Source of the DNA: Candidatus Poribacteria bacterium
GTDB lineage: Bacteria; Poribacteria; WGA-4E; WGA-3G
Direction: 5' to 3'
NCBI GenBank assembly: GCA_965242965.1
Contig: OZ251518.1
Location: 736,001-800,000, forward strand
Length of the DNA stretch: 64,000 bases
Part shown: in pieces, positions 41,113 through 50,155 of the stretch
Numbering within the stretch: the stretch's first letter is position 1
Layout of the letters: each line of letters opens with the position of its first letter
Position numbers and translations under genes: made by a program
The notes under the pieces: generated by a model
The model's input: only the letters and a program-made list of their open reading frames with translations
Database searches by the model: none
What the model was told of the DNA's origin: nothing

Positions 41113-43014
41113 ATGCGAACCCCTGCCTCCGCCGAAAACATCACATGGCGCGCCATCCTCATCGGACTCCTGACGCTCCCACTCAATATCTACCTCGTCG
41201 TTCAGACAGAGACGGTGTGGACAACGCAGTATCCGACGACGATGGCGATTTTCTTTAACGCCGTCTTCACGCTATTTCTCGTCGCAATGCTCAACCTCCT
41301 ATTCACGCGTTACCTTCCGAAATGGCAGCTAACGCAGGCGGAGATGCTCACCGTTTACCTGATGGGGACACTGGCATGCGTCGTTTGTGGACATGACCTT
41401 TTGCAAGCAACGATGTGCGTTTTGGGACACGCAACGTGGTTCGCCACACCCGAAAACGAATGGCAATCCCTCTTCTTCCGATACATTCCCGATTGGATTG
41501 CGGTACTGGATAGGCGCGCCTTGACCGGTTATTATGAAGGCACCTCAACGCTGTTTGAGATTGAGCATGTCCGCGCGTGGTTGACACCCGTGTTATGCTG
41601 GACACTTTTCTTTTCCGCGCTTGCATTCTCGATGCTGATGCTCAACGTCATTCTGCGCAAGCAGTGGATCGAACATGAAAAACTGAGTTATCCTATCATC
41701 CTGCTCCCTTATGAGATGACGAAAAGCCCCAGTTTTTACCAGAATCGGCTCCTCTGGCTCGGCTTCGCCATCGGGTGCGGACTTGATTTACTCAACGGCA
41801 TCAGTTTCCTTTACCCTTACGTGCCGAGCATTCCTATTCGCCACGACATCGGGAGGCTCTTCACGGAGAAACCGCTGAGTGCGATAGGTTCAACGCCTAT
41901 CCATCTTAACCCTTACGCGATCGGTATCGGGTTTTTGATGCCCTTGGATCTTTCGCTTTCTTGTTGGCTGTTCTATCTTTTTTGGAAGGCGCAGCTTGTC
42001 TTCGGCGCGATGTCCGGGATGAATCAAACCCCCGGCTATCCGCATATTGACATGCAGTCGCTCGGCGCGTATTTCGGGCTCTGTTTCTTCGCGCTTTGGA
42101 TAACGCACAAGCATTTGTGGCAGGTCTTCCGTAATATTCTGGGCATTAAAAGCCGTGTAGATCCTTCAAATGAACCGATGGGGTATCGCGCCGCGTTCAT
42201 CGGGTTTCTCGTCAGCATCGCAATTGTGTTTGGATTTTGCTTGCGCGCGGGGATGTCGTGGTGGGGTGTGCTTGGATTTTTCAGCGTCCACTTTATCCTC
42301 GTGTTAGCGTTCACGCGGATGCGCGCCGAGCTCGGGACACCTACGCAGGATTTCTATCGGGCGGGTCCCGGGTTTTTCCTCACCTCACTTGTTGGTTCAA
42401 GAAAGATTGGCGCGCCGACGCTCACCGGCTTCGCTTTCCTCTACGGCTTCACGCGCAACTACCGTTCGCAACCGATGCCGAATCAATTGGAAGGGTTTAA
42501 ATTGGCGGACCGGGGTGGCATCAACGCGCGTCAACTTTTGTGGGTGATGTGGGGCGCGACGGTCATCGGGCTGCTCATCGGGTTCACGGCGTTCTTGCAT
42601 GCAGGCTACAAGCACGGCAGTTTAGGCACGTGGCGCGGACAAGAAGCGTTCAGCGATTTACAGCGATGGCTCACCTTCCCAAGCGATACGGATTGGCGGC
42701 ACCTCGGCTTCTTCGGCTTTGGAATATCGCTGACCTTAGGCACGCTTTTCATGCGGTTGCGGTTTATCTGGTGGCAACTGCATCCGCTTGCGTATCCCCT
42801 TGCAGGAAATTGGAACTTTGGTCGGCTTTGGTTTCCGGTGTTTCTTGCTTGGGCGATCAAATCTATTCTGATTCGGCACGGCGGTCTGGGTGCGTATCGC
42901 CGGGCGTTGCCGTTCTTCTTGGGCACCATGCTCGGCGAATTTGTGATGGGCAGTCTCTGGGCGATCTTGGGGTTGTTTTTGGAGCAGCGGATGTATTCGT
43001 TCAAGCATTGGTGA
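41113..43014 (+). CDS. Polytopic membrane protein (DUF6785/DUF6784-like putative transporter)
   Basis: ITWRAILIG, WFATPENEW, RKQW.E.EKLSYP, RMRAELG, WWQLHPLAY, PFFLG motifs; paralog at 55626. Confidence 0.75.
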   Translation: MRTPASAENITWRAILIGLLTLPLNIYLVVQTETVWTTQYPTTMAIFFNAVFTLFLVAMLNLLFTRYLPKWQLTQAEMLTVYLMGTLACVVCGHDLLQATMCVLGHATWFATPENEWQSLFFRYIPDWIAVLDRRALTGYYEGTSTLFEIEHVRAWLTPVLCWTLFFSALAFSMLMLNVILRKQWIEHEKLSYPIILLPYEMTKSPSFYQNRLLWLGFAIGCGLDLLNGISFLYPYVPSIPIRHDIGRLFTEKPLSAIGSTPIHLNPYAIGIGFLMPLDLSLSCWLFYLFWKAQLVFGAMSGMNQTPGYPHIDMQSLGAYFGLCFFALWITHKHLWQVFRNILGIKSRVDPSNEPMGYRAAFIGFLVSIAIVFGFCLRAGMSWWGVLGFFSVHFILVLAFTRMRAELGTPTQDFYRAGPGFFLTSLVGSRKIGAPTLTGFAFLYGFTRNYRSQPMPNQLEGFKLADRGGINARQLLWVMWGATVIGLLIGFTAFLHAGYKHGSLGTWRGQEAFSDLQRWLTFPSDTDWRHLGFFGFGISLTLGTLFMRLRFIWWQLHPLAYPLAGNWNFGRLWFPVFLAWAIKSILIRHGGLGAYRRALPFFLGTMLGEFVMGSLWAILGLFLEQRMYSFKHW

Positions 43015-43022
43015 CGTGCAGG

Positions 43023-43250
43023 ATAGGAGCAGGATTATCACGATTTAGAGCAGGATTTACACGATTATCACGATTTAGAGCAGGATTATCACGATTATCA
43101 CGATTTCCAGGATTAGGTTTCTGAGGCACCGGCGTGGTTGTGGCCTGCCGCAGGCGGTTGGGTGCCGCGCCAAACGTAATCTTGCTAAATCTTGAAAAAT
43201 CGTGTAAATCCTGCTCCTATCTTGCTAAATCTTGTAAATCCTGCTCCTAC
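43023..43250. repeat. Inverted pair of 9-bp microsatellite arrays
   Basis: (CAGGATTAT/CACGATTTA)n at 43023-43114 and its complement at 43178-43250. Confidence 0.85.
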
Positions 43251-43266
43251 GGTTTGCTGGCCGGAT

Positions 43267-43545
43267 ACCGTAACGCGAGGGCCTGTCCCTCGCGATCGTT
43301 CGATGGTCCCGAGCATGGCGGGGGACAGGCCCCCGCCCTACGATGGCGCGGAAACTTCTTCTATACCGTAGCGCGAGGGCCTGTCCCTCGCGATCGTTCG
43401 ATGGCACGGAAACATCTTCTACGCCGTAGCGCGAGGGCCTGTCCCTCGCGAGCGTCCGATGGTCCCAGGCACGGCGGGGGACAGGCCCCCGCCCTACGAT
43501 GGCGCGGAGACATCTTCTATTCCGTAGCGCGAGGGCCTGTCCCTC
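43267..43545. repeat. REP cluster
   Basis: Six REP palindromes. Confidence 0.9.
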
Positions 43546-43554
43546 TACCGCGTG

Positions 43555-44109
43555 CTACGCCTCATCATTCTCAACCTGTCGTGCACGAAGTTCTTGGAGA
43601 ATCTCCACCACGGTCTCCATCTGTCCCTCTAGTTTCTCGACGCGCTGCGCGACAGAGACGGCTTCTTCACCAGCCTCATCTTCGTCAGAGGTGACTTCGA
43701 CGGTTTCGTGCGGCGTTTCGTCAGCCGGGCCGCCCCAGACTTCTTTCAGGAACGATGGCATCGATTGCTTCACCGCTTCGCTGACATCTTTCAGTTCATC
43801 GCCGATAGTCTTTCTGACCTGGGCGAAGTCAAAATCGTCACAGACTCCCTCTTTGAGGTAGCCTGCAACCTGATGGCAGGCGAAGCCGATATCCCCCAAA
43901 GAAGTGCTGGACTCCACTGGCTCAAACAGGCCTTCCGGCACTGCCCCCAATTCGGTGAGTCGGCTGAGCGCGTTATTAAACTGCCGGGCGCACCGCGCCT
44001 CGCTTTCATCCGCATCCACGAGATGCGAAGTTTCGACAACGTGCGCTGTCGTCTCCAACAGCCGCACGACGCGCCGGATTTCTTTTTGCGTTTCATGTTC
44101 GGTAGACAT
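43555..44109 (-). CDS. Hypothetical protein with C-terminal coiled coil
   Basis: 184-aa ORF with SD AAGGAG; no motif recognised. Confidence 0.7.
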   Translation of the reverse strand: MSTEHETQKEIRRVVRLLETTAHVVETSHLVDADESEARCARQFNNALSRLTELGAVPEGLFEPVESSTSLGDIGFACHQVAGYLKEGVCDDFDFAQVRKTIGDELKDVSEAVKQSMPSFLKEVWGGPADETPHETVEVTSDEDEAGEEAVSVAQRVEKLEGQMETVVEILQELRARQVENDEA

Positions 44110-44280
44110 GGTTATCTCCTTTTCCGTTTTCTACTGCAGGACTGACGCGGTAGGCATGCACCCGCCCCTGCGGGAAAATGTTGCATCGCGTCTGTCCTAT
44201 ATGGTTTGTTTATATAGAGTCCCTTAAGGCGAAAAAGGATAGTAAAAAAATACGATTTTTTTTGATACGCGCGATGTCGG

Positions 44281-44808
44281 GGTAGAAGAGACCTCCTGGT
44301 CTCGATTTTCCCATAGCGCGGGGGACAGGCCCCCGCGTTGGCCATCGGCAAGATGCTGTCTTAGGTCCTTTAGGACCTTAATGTCTATAGAAAAACGTAT
44401 CGTTCCGTTATCAAGGTCCGTAGGACCTTAATAAAACACGCGTGGCCCTGGCAGAAACTATTAAGGACCTAAAGGACCTTAGAGCCTTTTACTTTTCGGC
44501 TGCTATAGACATTCAGGTCCTACAGACCTGAAGAGAACAAGAGACGTTTTTTCCGTAGCGCGAACGGAGGCTTTTCTCCTACCGTAGCGCGGGGGCCTGT
44601 CCCCCGCGATCGTCGTCGGTAGGGGAGCCCTCCCGGTCTCAATTTTTTCGCGATGTCTCTGTGGAGATCGAACGATGGCGAGGGGAACCCGCTCGCATGC
44701 GCGTGTGGCATGCGAGGGCCCTCGCCCTACGGTGAAGGGGGAGCTTTCTGCCGCCCTATTGCATCGAGACCGGGAGGGCTCTCCTACGGGGATTTATGAA
44801 ACCCCCTC
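44281..44808. repeat. REP cluster with four-hairpin module, ending in a TIR
   Basis: Module at 44361-44538; ATTTATGAAACCCCCTC at 44792-44808. Confidence 0.85.
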
Positions 44809-46011
44809 CGTTAATTGACCAACGTTCCGGCGCACCTTGATTGCCGCCTTAATGATGTCCTCCATATCTTCTTCGCTACCCATTAAAACGTTTTGACTCA
44901 GGGAGAGCCCTGTCTGACACACTTTCTCCGTTTCCGGGCAATGCACTTCGGCATAGTCAACGTTTTGCCCGAAAAGGTCTGATGCCAAGAACGCCTCGCG
45001 ATACATCGGCGTGGTATACCAATAGCCCATCGGGATGCCCTCGGCGCGCATGGCTTTGAGGAACGTCTCACGTGAGATGCCTTCAAACTCCTCGGAGTCG
45101 AAAATCGCTTTGTAGCCGTGACACCCGCCGCGCGTCGCGCGAGGATCGAGAGGCGTTATTTTGATGCCCGGAATCTCGCCGAACCAGCCGTCTAGCCACC
45201 GCATGTTCATGTGCCGATAGTTCGTCTCTTCCTCAAGCCGTGTCAATCGGGAGAGCAGCAGCCCCGCCTGCCATTCTGTCATGCGGAAGTTGCCGCCGAA
45301 GGGTTCTATGTTACCGAACTCGGCATCGGGAGGCGTGCGGCCACAGTTGTGCAGTGCCCAGACGCGTTCATACGCCTCCCTGTCGTTCGTCAAAATGATG
45401 CCGCCTTCTCCAGCGCATAAGTTTTTAGAAGATTGGAAACTGAAGCATCCGAAATCTCCCCAACTTCCGACACCGCGCCCGCGCCACTCGGCACCGTGCG
45501 CCTGCGCGCAATCCTCAATTATTTTCAGATTGTGACGGCGCGCGACCGCGATAAGCGCGTCCATATCCGCCGGATAGCCCGCGATGTGGACAGGCAAGAT
45601 GGCCTTCGTCTTGTCCGTTATCGCCGCCGCCACTTTGGTAACATCTAACAGGAAAGTATCCGGCGCAGTGTCCACAAACACCGGCACGGCGTGCGTCATC
45701 AGAATGGCAACAACCGTGGCTTGGAAGGTGTAGGCGGTGGTGATGACTTCGTCGCCGGGACACACACCGGCGGCTTTCAAGGCGATGTAAAGTGCGGATG
45801 TGCCGCTATTGACGCAAACGCCGTTCTGCGCGCCCTGAAATTCAGCGAATTGCCTCGCAAATTCCGGTACCATTGGGCCGCCAATACCCCACTGGCCGCT
45901 CTCATAAATGCGCGTGAATGCTTCCATATCGGCTGCATCAAGCGTGGGCCAGGGGGGAAAGGGTTTGGTGCGGACAGGTTCGCCGCCGTTTATTGCTAGT
46001 TTGGTTGCCAT
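44794..46011 (-). CDS. DegT/DnrJ/EryC1/StrS family PLP-dependent aminotransferase
   Basis: LAINGG.PVR, NSGTSAL, IEDCAQAHGA, FSFQSSKNL.AGEGG. Confidence 0.95.
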   Translation of the reverse strand: MATKLAINGGEPVRTKPFPPWPTLDAADMEAFTRIYESGQWGIGGPMVPEFARQFAEFQGAQNGVCVNSGTSALYIALKAAGVCPGDEVITTAYTFQATVVAILMTHAVPVFVDTAPDTFLLDVTKVAAAITDKTKAILPVHIAGYPADMDALIAVARRHNLKIIEDCAQAHGAEWRGRGVGSWGDFGCFSFQSSKNLCAGEGGIILTNDREAYERVWALHNCGRTPPDAEFGNIEPFGGNFRMTEWQAGLLLSRLTRLEEETNYRHMNMRWLDGWFGEIPGIKITPLDPRATRGGCHGYKAIFDSEEFEGISRETFLKAMRAEGIPMGYWYTTPMYREAFLASDLFGQNVDYAEVHCPETEKVCQTGLSLSQNVLMGSEEDMEDIIKAAIKVRRNVGQLTEGVS

Positions 46012-46036
46012 TTTGAGGTATTCCTTAAATTGTTGC

Positions 46037-46443
46037 CTGGCGAGGGACAGGTTTCCTGCGCCCTACGGTGAAACCGCCATGTTACCGTAGCGCGGGGGCC
46101 TGTCCCCCGCGAGTTTTCAGTAGACCGAAGCATGGCGAGGGACAGGCCCTCGCCCTACGGTATATCGGGCCTGTCCCCCGCGATTGACGAGAAAACCGCC
46201 ATGTTACCGTAGCGCGGGGGCCTGTCCCCCGCGATCTTTCAGTGGACCGAAGCCTGGCGAGGGACAGGCCCTCGCCCTACGGTATATCGGGCCTGTCCCC
46301 CGCGCGTGACAAGAAAACCGCCGCGTTACCGTAGCGCGGGGGCCTGTCCCCCGCGATCGTTGGCCTGGCGAGGGACAGGCCCTCGCCCTACGGTATATCG
46401 GATGCCCTTCGGCATGGCGAGGGACAGGCCCTCGCCCTACGGT
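46037..46443. repeat. REP cluster
   Basis: Alternating GTAGCGCGGGGGCCTGTCCCCCGCG and inverse GTAGGGCGAGG units. Confidence 0.9.
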
Positions 46444-46486
46444 ATGTCGGGGGCATTCTCGACATGCCAGACGATGCCCGCGCAAA

Positions 46487-49400
46487 TTACTCATTCCGGA
46501 TGGTAAGAAGACTCGTTTCCTGTTCGGCAGAGAGACGCACGCCTCGGATCATATTCAACGAGACACCTGCGAACCGCTTCAACATCCGTTCCTGCTGCAT
46601 GTTCGCCAACTCTGTCAGACTCCCATCCGTCCGGAACAAGTGATACGGTTCAAGCACCGCTATCACCTCGGCAGTTTTCTCAGCGGCGATCGGATCGTTC
46701 GCGCAATCGCGTCTATCGCAAATTTCGCCGAGGGCGTAAATGCCGTTCCGTTTGACATCCTTATGCACATCGCCGCGCAGCTGATCTATGAGGATGTGGA
46801 TAACCGGGTCGAGTTGCGTGATAGGTAACGGCTGTTCATGCTCCCGACTCCCCATCTTCCCGAACGCCCAGTTGATGGCAATCCGGTCTGCCGCTACGCC
46901 ATACTCGATCAGTTGCTTCAAGTGCTCAAGCGCGTTCACGCTGTGGCAGCACTTGCCGATGGAATAAACGGCGTTCGGACGGACGGCTACGGGGGTATCC
47001 CGCGTAATCAGGTTAATCAGGTGCGATTCGGCGATGGGGAGCCCCGTTTTCCCGATTGCTTCCACCGCATACCGGACCACCGTTTTGATAACCTGCGGGT
47101 GCTTGTGCCCGAGTTCATCCGGGTTGCTCAGCGCAATACCGGCATCGCAAATGTCATAAAGGAGATCCGTGTCCGACGTTTTGGATGCCAAGTCACCGAG
47201 AAGCACCATCACCCGCGCCTTCCCGTAGTTGTTCACATAGGGGATATTTTCGAGGAGCGGACCGATGAACTCCTCGGCGTTCGTGGCGTGGGCGATTTTT
47301 TGACGCTGCCGGATAACCTGATCCATAATCGTCTTCTTGCGGTTCATCTGATACGTGCGCATGTAATGGGAGAAGTTTTTCTTCATCTCCGCGATTTCAT
47401 ACTGCACATCAAGCGTGGCACCCTCGCTCGGGGCACCGGGCCGGAATGAAGACGCGCCTGCTCTCGGACGAGTGCTCACTACACTGGGAGAGCGCGGTGG
47501 GGACGTGGACAGAGACGGAGACCTGGGCGCGGACATGGAACCGCGCTCGGTAGGCGTGTAAGCAGGGGGCCTGAAACTCGGCTGCTGAACGTTGCTTGCT
47601 TCAACCGCCGGACGGCTTCTCTCCACAGGTTCTTGTTCTTGTTCTTCCCCGGCAGAGCGGGTTGAATCAACGCTGACCGCGAACCGCTCATTAGGATTCG
47701 CCCTGGGCCAGCCTTCAACATTCATGATGCCGCGTTCGTCCACCTGCACTTGGAGGTAGATAGGCTCATTTTTCAGGAGTGGCCGCCGAAACCGCACGTT
47801 CCGCTCAAGGATACGGCGATTCGGGGGTTTCGTATCGTGCCGGCTGCCGAGGTAAAACGGAAGCCGCAAGGAAGGTGCCCCATCGCTGACTTGCAAGCCT
47901 TCGATAGGCTGTGGTTCCGACAACGGCAGAATCGTCCCTGCTTCCACGAGAGGTTTGACTCTCCCCCCGGCGATTTCAATGCCGATAGTGTCGTTGAGGA
48001 TGCGTGCAGGCTTGATGCCCCTGTGCAAGTCATAGTGATACACAACGGCACCGCGCGCGACAGCTTTGTCCGCGTCACCTGCGGTAATAGGTGGGAAGCC
48101 GAAGAACGTCTCCAACCGTTTTTGGATGGGATGGAGTTTCGTCATCCCGCCGTTGAGGAGGACAGCATCTACCTGCGGCATCGTTCCGAGTTTCCGTTCC
48201 GCTTTTCTTAAGACATCGAGGATAGGATAGATGATGTTATCACAGGCGGGCAGCGAGTCCAGTTGCGCGACAGAATCCAGCGTGAGTTGATTCGCGAGGA
48301 GCGGTTCAACGATGTCTTCGTATTCAGACAGCGTCAAATCGTATTGAAACACCTGATTTTCAAACGGCGTTTGCATCACCATCGTCTCAACTGTTTCCGC
48401 ATCAAAGTGCCTCATTAACTTGCTCGTCTCAATCTCGCTGCTCAGATCGATTTTGGCTTGTTCAGCGTATTCGCGGAAGTTACTCTTGAGCAGGTTCATT
48501 TGGAACTCATCCAAGTTATTGGGGAGCCTGTTCTCGTAAGCCGCGAAGAAATGGTCGGCGAGTTTCTGGTCGAAGTCATCTCCACCAATTTGCGTATACC
48601 GTGAGACAGCCAGGTCTTCGATGTTCAGGCGGAATTCGCTGTGTTCATAAGAGACTCTGTGTAAAGAGACATCTAATGTGCCGCCGCCCAGGTCAAACAC
48701 GAGGATGAGTTTCGGTATGTGGAAATTGATGAGGGTTTCCGGAATTTCCCCTTTGTCCTGTCTATTGATGAAATCGTAGAGCGCGGCGCGCGGTTCATCA
48801 AGCAAAATGTTGCGTGGGGTTCCATCGTCTTCGTGCGTTCGGAATCCGGCGAGTCGCGCGGCTTCAACCGTAGCTGCCCGCATATCAGAGTCAAAGGAGG
48901 CAGGGACGGTGATGACAACATCTTGGGGCATGAAGCCGAACAACGTCTTGGCACTCGCGGCGAGATGTGTGAGAATCTGCGATGAGATATCCGCTGCGCT
49001 ATAAGTGTTATTATCAAACTCATACTGCTTCGGTGTGCCCATTTCGCTTTTAACAGATTTCACTACCCGGCTCGTCTGCCGTCCTATCATCGTCTTTGCG
49101 TATTCGCCGACAATCGGCGGGCTGCTTTCTTTGAAATAGACGCACGAGGGTAACAACTCCTTTTTGCCCATGCCGCCCCGCTCAATCATCATGTTAATCT
49201 CCACGACTTTGGGCTCTAACTTGTTTGTCTGTGGATTGAGCGTTCCCCATCCCATGACAGAATTGGTTGTGCCTAAATCAATGCCGATGTAATAGTTCGG
49301 ATGCGCGGGTTCAGTCGGCGCGCTCGGCGCACTTGGTGCACTTGAGGCAATCGTTGGCACCGTAGCACGAGGCCCTGTTCCGCGCGAACCTTGCGGTAAA

Positions 49401-50155
49401 ATCGCCCTCGGCCCCGTCGGACGGTTAAAGGCAGGTGCCTGCATCTGTGACGTTTCTGACGTTGACGTATCCTGCGGTTGTGCAGTAGGAGGAGGTGCCT
49501 CGCGCGGTGTTACAGCCGCGTGTGGCTGAATTGTCTCTGGCGTGTCAGCAGGTGCCGCTTCAAGGTTCAAACTTGCCAGCACTTCGTGAAATTGCTCGTC
49601 GCTGATTTCCTGAACACTGCGTCTCCATGCCAATTTGATAGGGAATTCACCGGTATGCTCCCAGTTGACTTCAATAAATCGCGGACGCACGTGAGGATAG
49701 ATTACATCAGCAATAGGCAGTGATGTGCCGAGTCGCGTTATCGCCTGCGTCCAGTCGTAATAAGCGGTTTTGGTAACGGTGCCGATGCCGAGAATCTTGC
49801 TTAATCCGTGCCGTGCGATAACCTTGTCCCCTACCTGAATTTCGCGATGGAATTCCCAAACGATCTTCGCTGCCCGCGGTCCCCAGTCAAGTTGACATTC
49901 TTCGTTAAAATCGTCAAAGTGCGTCTGGAAATCTTCAAACGTCTCGTAGGTGTCTAAATGCCCTAACTGTTCACTCGGTGACACCTGTCCTCGGACTGCA
50001 GGCGGGATGCCTGCAGGCGAGATGACGGTGCCGTGTTGCGTATGGACTGCCCACCCTACGGCGATTGTTCCATGTTCTCTGTCGTGCTGCCAAGCATTCT
50101 GGAACAACTCGTCCGGTATCGTGGATTCCATAGGTGCGATAACCCAATACTTCAT
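46487..50155 (-). CDS. Atypical Hsp70-family protein: N-terminal McrB/Mrr-type (EVE/PUA-like) domain, Hsp70 ATPase, C-terminal HEAT-like repeats
   Basis: GIDLGTTNS, VITVPASF, DEPRAA, FDLGGGTLDVS, GGDDFD, NGGMTK, AVARGA. N-terminus YWVIAP...IAVGW...WEF..EIQVGDKVIA.....ILGIGTV...YYD...VNW. Repeated A..A(I/L)G(K/E) helices at the C-terminus. Confidence 0.9.
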   Translation of the reverse strand: MKYWVIAPMESTIPDELFQNAWQHDREHGTIAVGWAVHTQHGTVISPAGIPPAVRGQVSPSEQLGHLDTYETFEDFQTHFDDFNEECQLDWGPRAAKIVWEFHREIQVGDKVIARHGLSKILGIGTVTKTAYYDWTQAITRLGTSLPIADVIYPHVRPRFIEVNWEHTGEFPIKLAWRRSVQEISDEQFHEVLASLNLEAAPADTPETIQPHAAVTPREAPPPTAQPQDTSTSETSQMQAPAFNRPTGPRAILPQGSRGTGPRATVPTIASSAPSAPSAPTEPAHPNYYIGIDLGTTNSVMGWGTLNPQTNKLEPKVVEINMMIERGGMGKKELLPSCVYFKESSPPIVGEYAKTMIGRQTSRVVKSVKSEMGTPKQYEFDNNTYSAADISSQILTHLAASAKTLFGFMPQDVVITVPASFDSDMRAATVEAARLAGFRTHEDDGTPRNILLDEPRAALYDFINRQDKGEIPETLINFHIPKLILVFDLGGGTLDVSLHRVSYEHSEFRLNIEDLAVSRYTQIGGDDFDQKLADHFFAAYENRLPNNLDEFQMNLLKSNFREYAEQAKIDLSSEIETSKLMRHFDAETVETMVMQTPFENQVFQYDLTLSEYEDIVEPLLANQLTLDSVAQLDSLPACDNIIYPILDVLRKAERKLGTMPQVDAVLLNGGMTKLHPIQKRLETFFGFPPITAGDADKAVARGAVVYHYDLHRGIKPARILNDTIGIEIAGGRVKPLVEAGTILPLSEPQPIEGLQVSDGAPSLRLPFYLGSRHDTKPPNRRILERNVRFRRPLLKNEPIYLQVQVDERGIMNVEGWPRANPNERFAVSVDSTRSAGEEQEQEPVERSRPAVEASNVQQPSFRPPAYTPTERGSMSAPRSPSLSTSPPRSPSVVSTRPRAGASSFRPGAPSEGATLDVQYEIAEMKKNFSHYMRTYQMNRKKTIMDQVIRQRQKIAHATNAEEFIGPLLENIPYVNNYGKARVMVLLGDLASKTSDTDLLYDICDAGIALSNPDELGHKHPQVIKTVVRYAVEAIGKTGLPIAESHLINLITRDTPVAVRPNAVYSIGKCCHSVNALEHLKQLIEYGVAADRIAINWAFGKMGSREHEQPLPITQLDPVIHILIDQLRGDVHKDVKRNGIYALGEICDRRDCANDPIAAEKTAEVIAVLEPYHLFRTDGSLTELANMQQERMLKRFAGVSLNMIRGVRLSAEQETSLLTIRNE

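Noticed and set aside
46037-46443. Possible CRISPR array next to the nuclease operon
   Set aside because: The repeats alternate in orientation, are irregularly spaced and match the window-wide REP families.
46487-50155. Calling this gene dnaK
   Set aside because: It has extra N- and C-terminal domains, a divergent substrate-binding region and no dnaJ/hrcA context.
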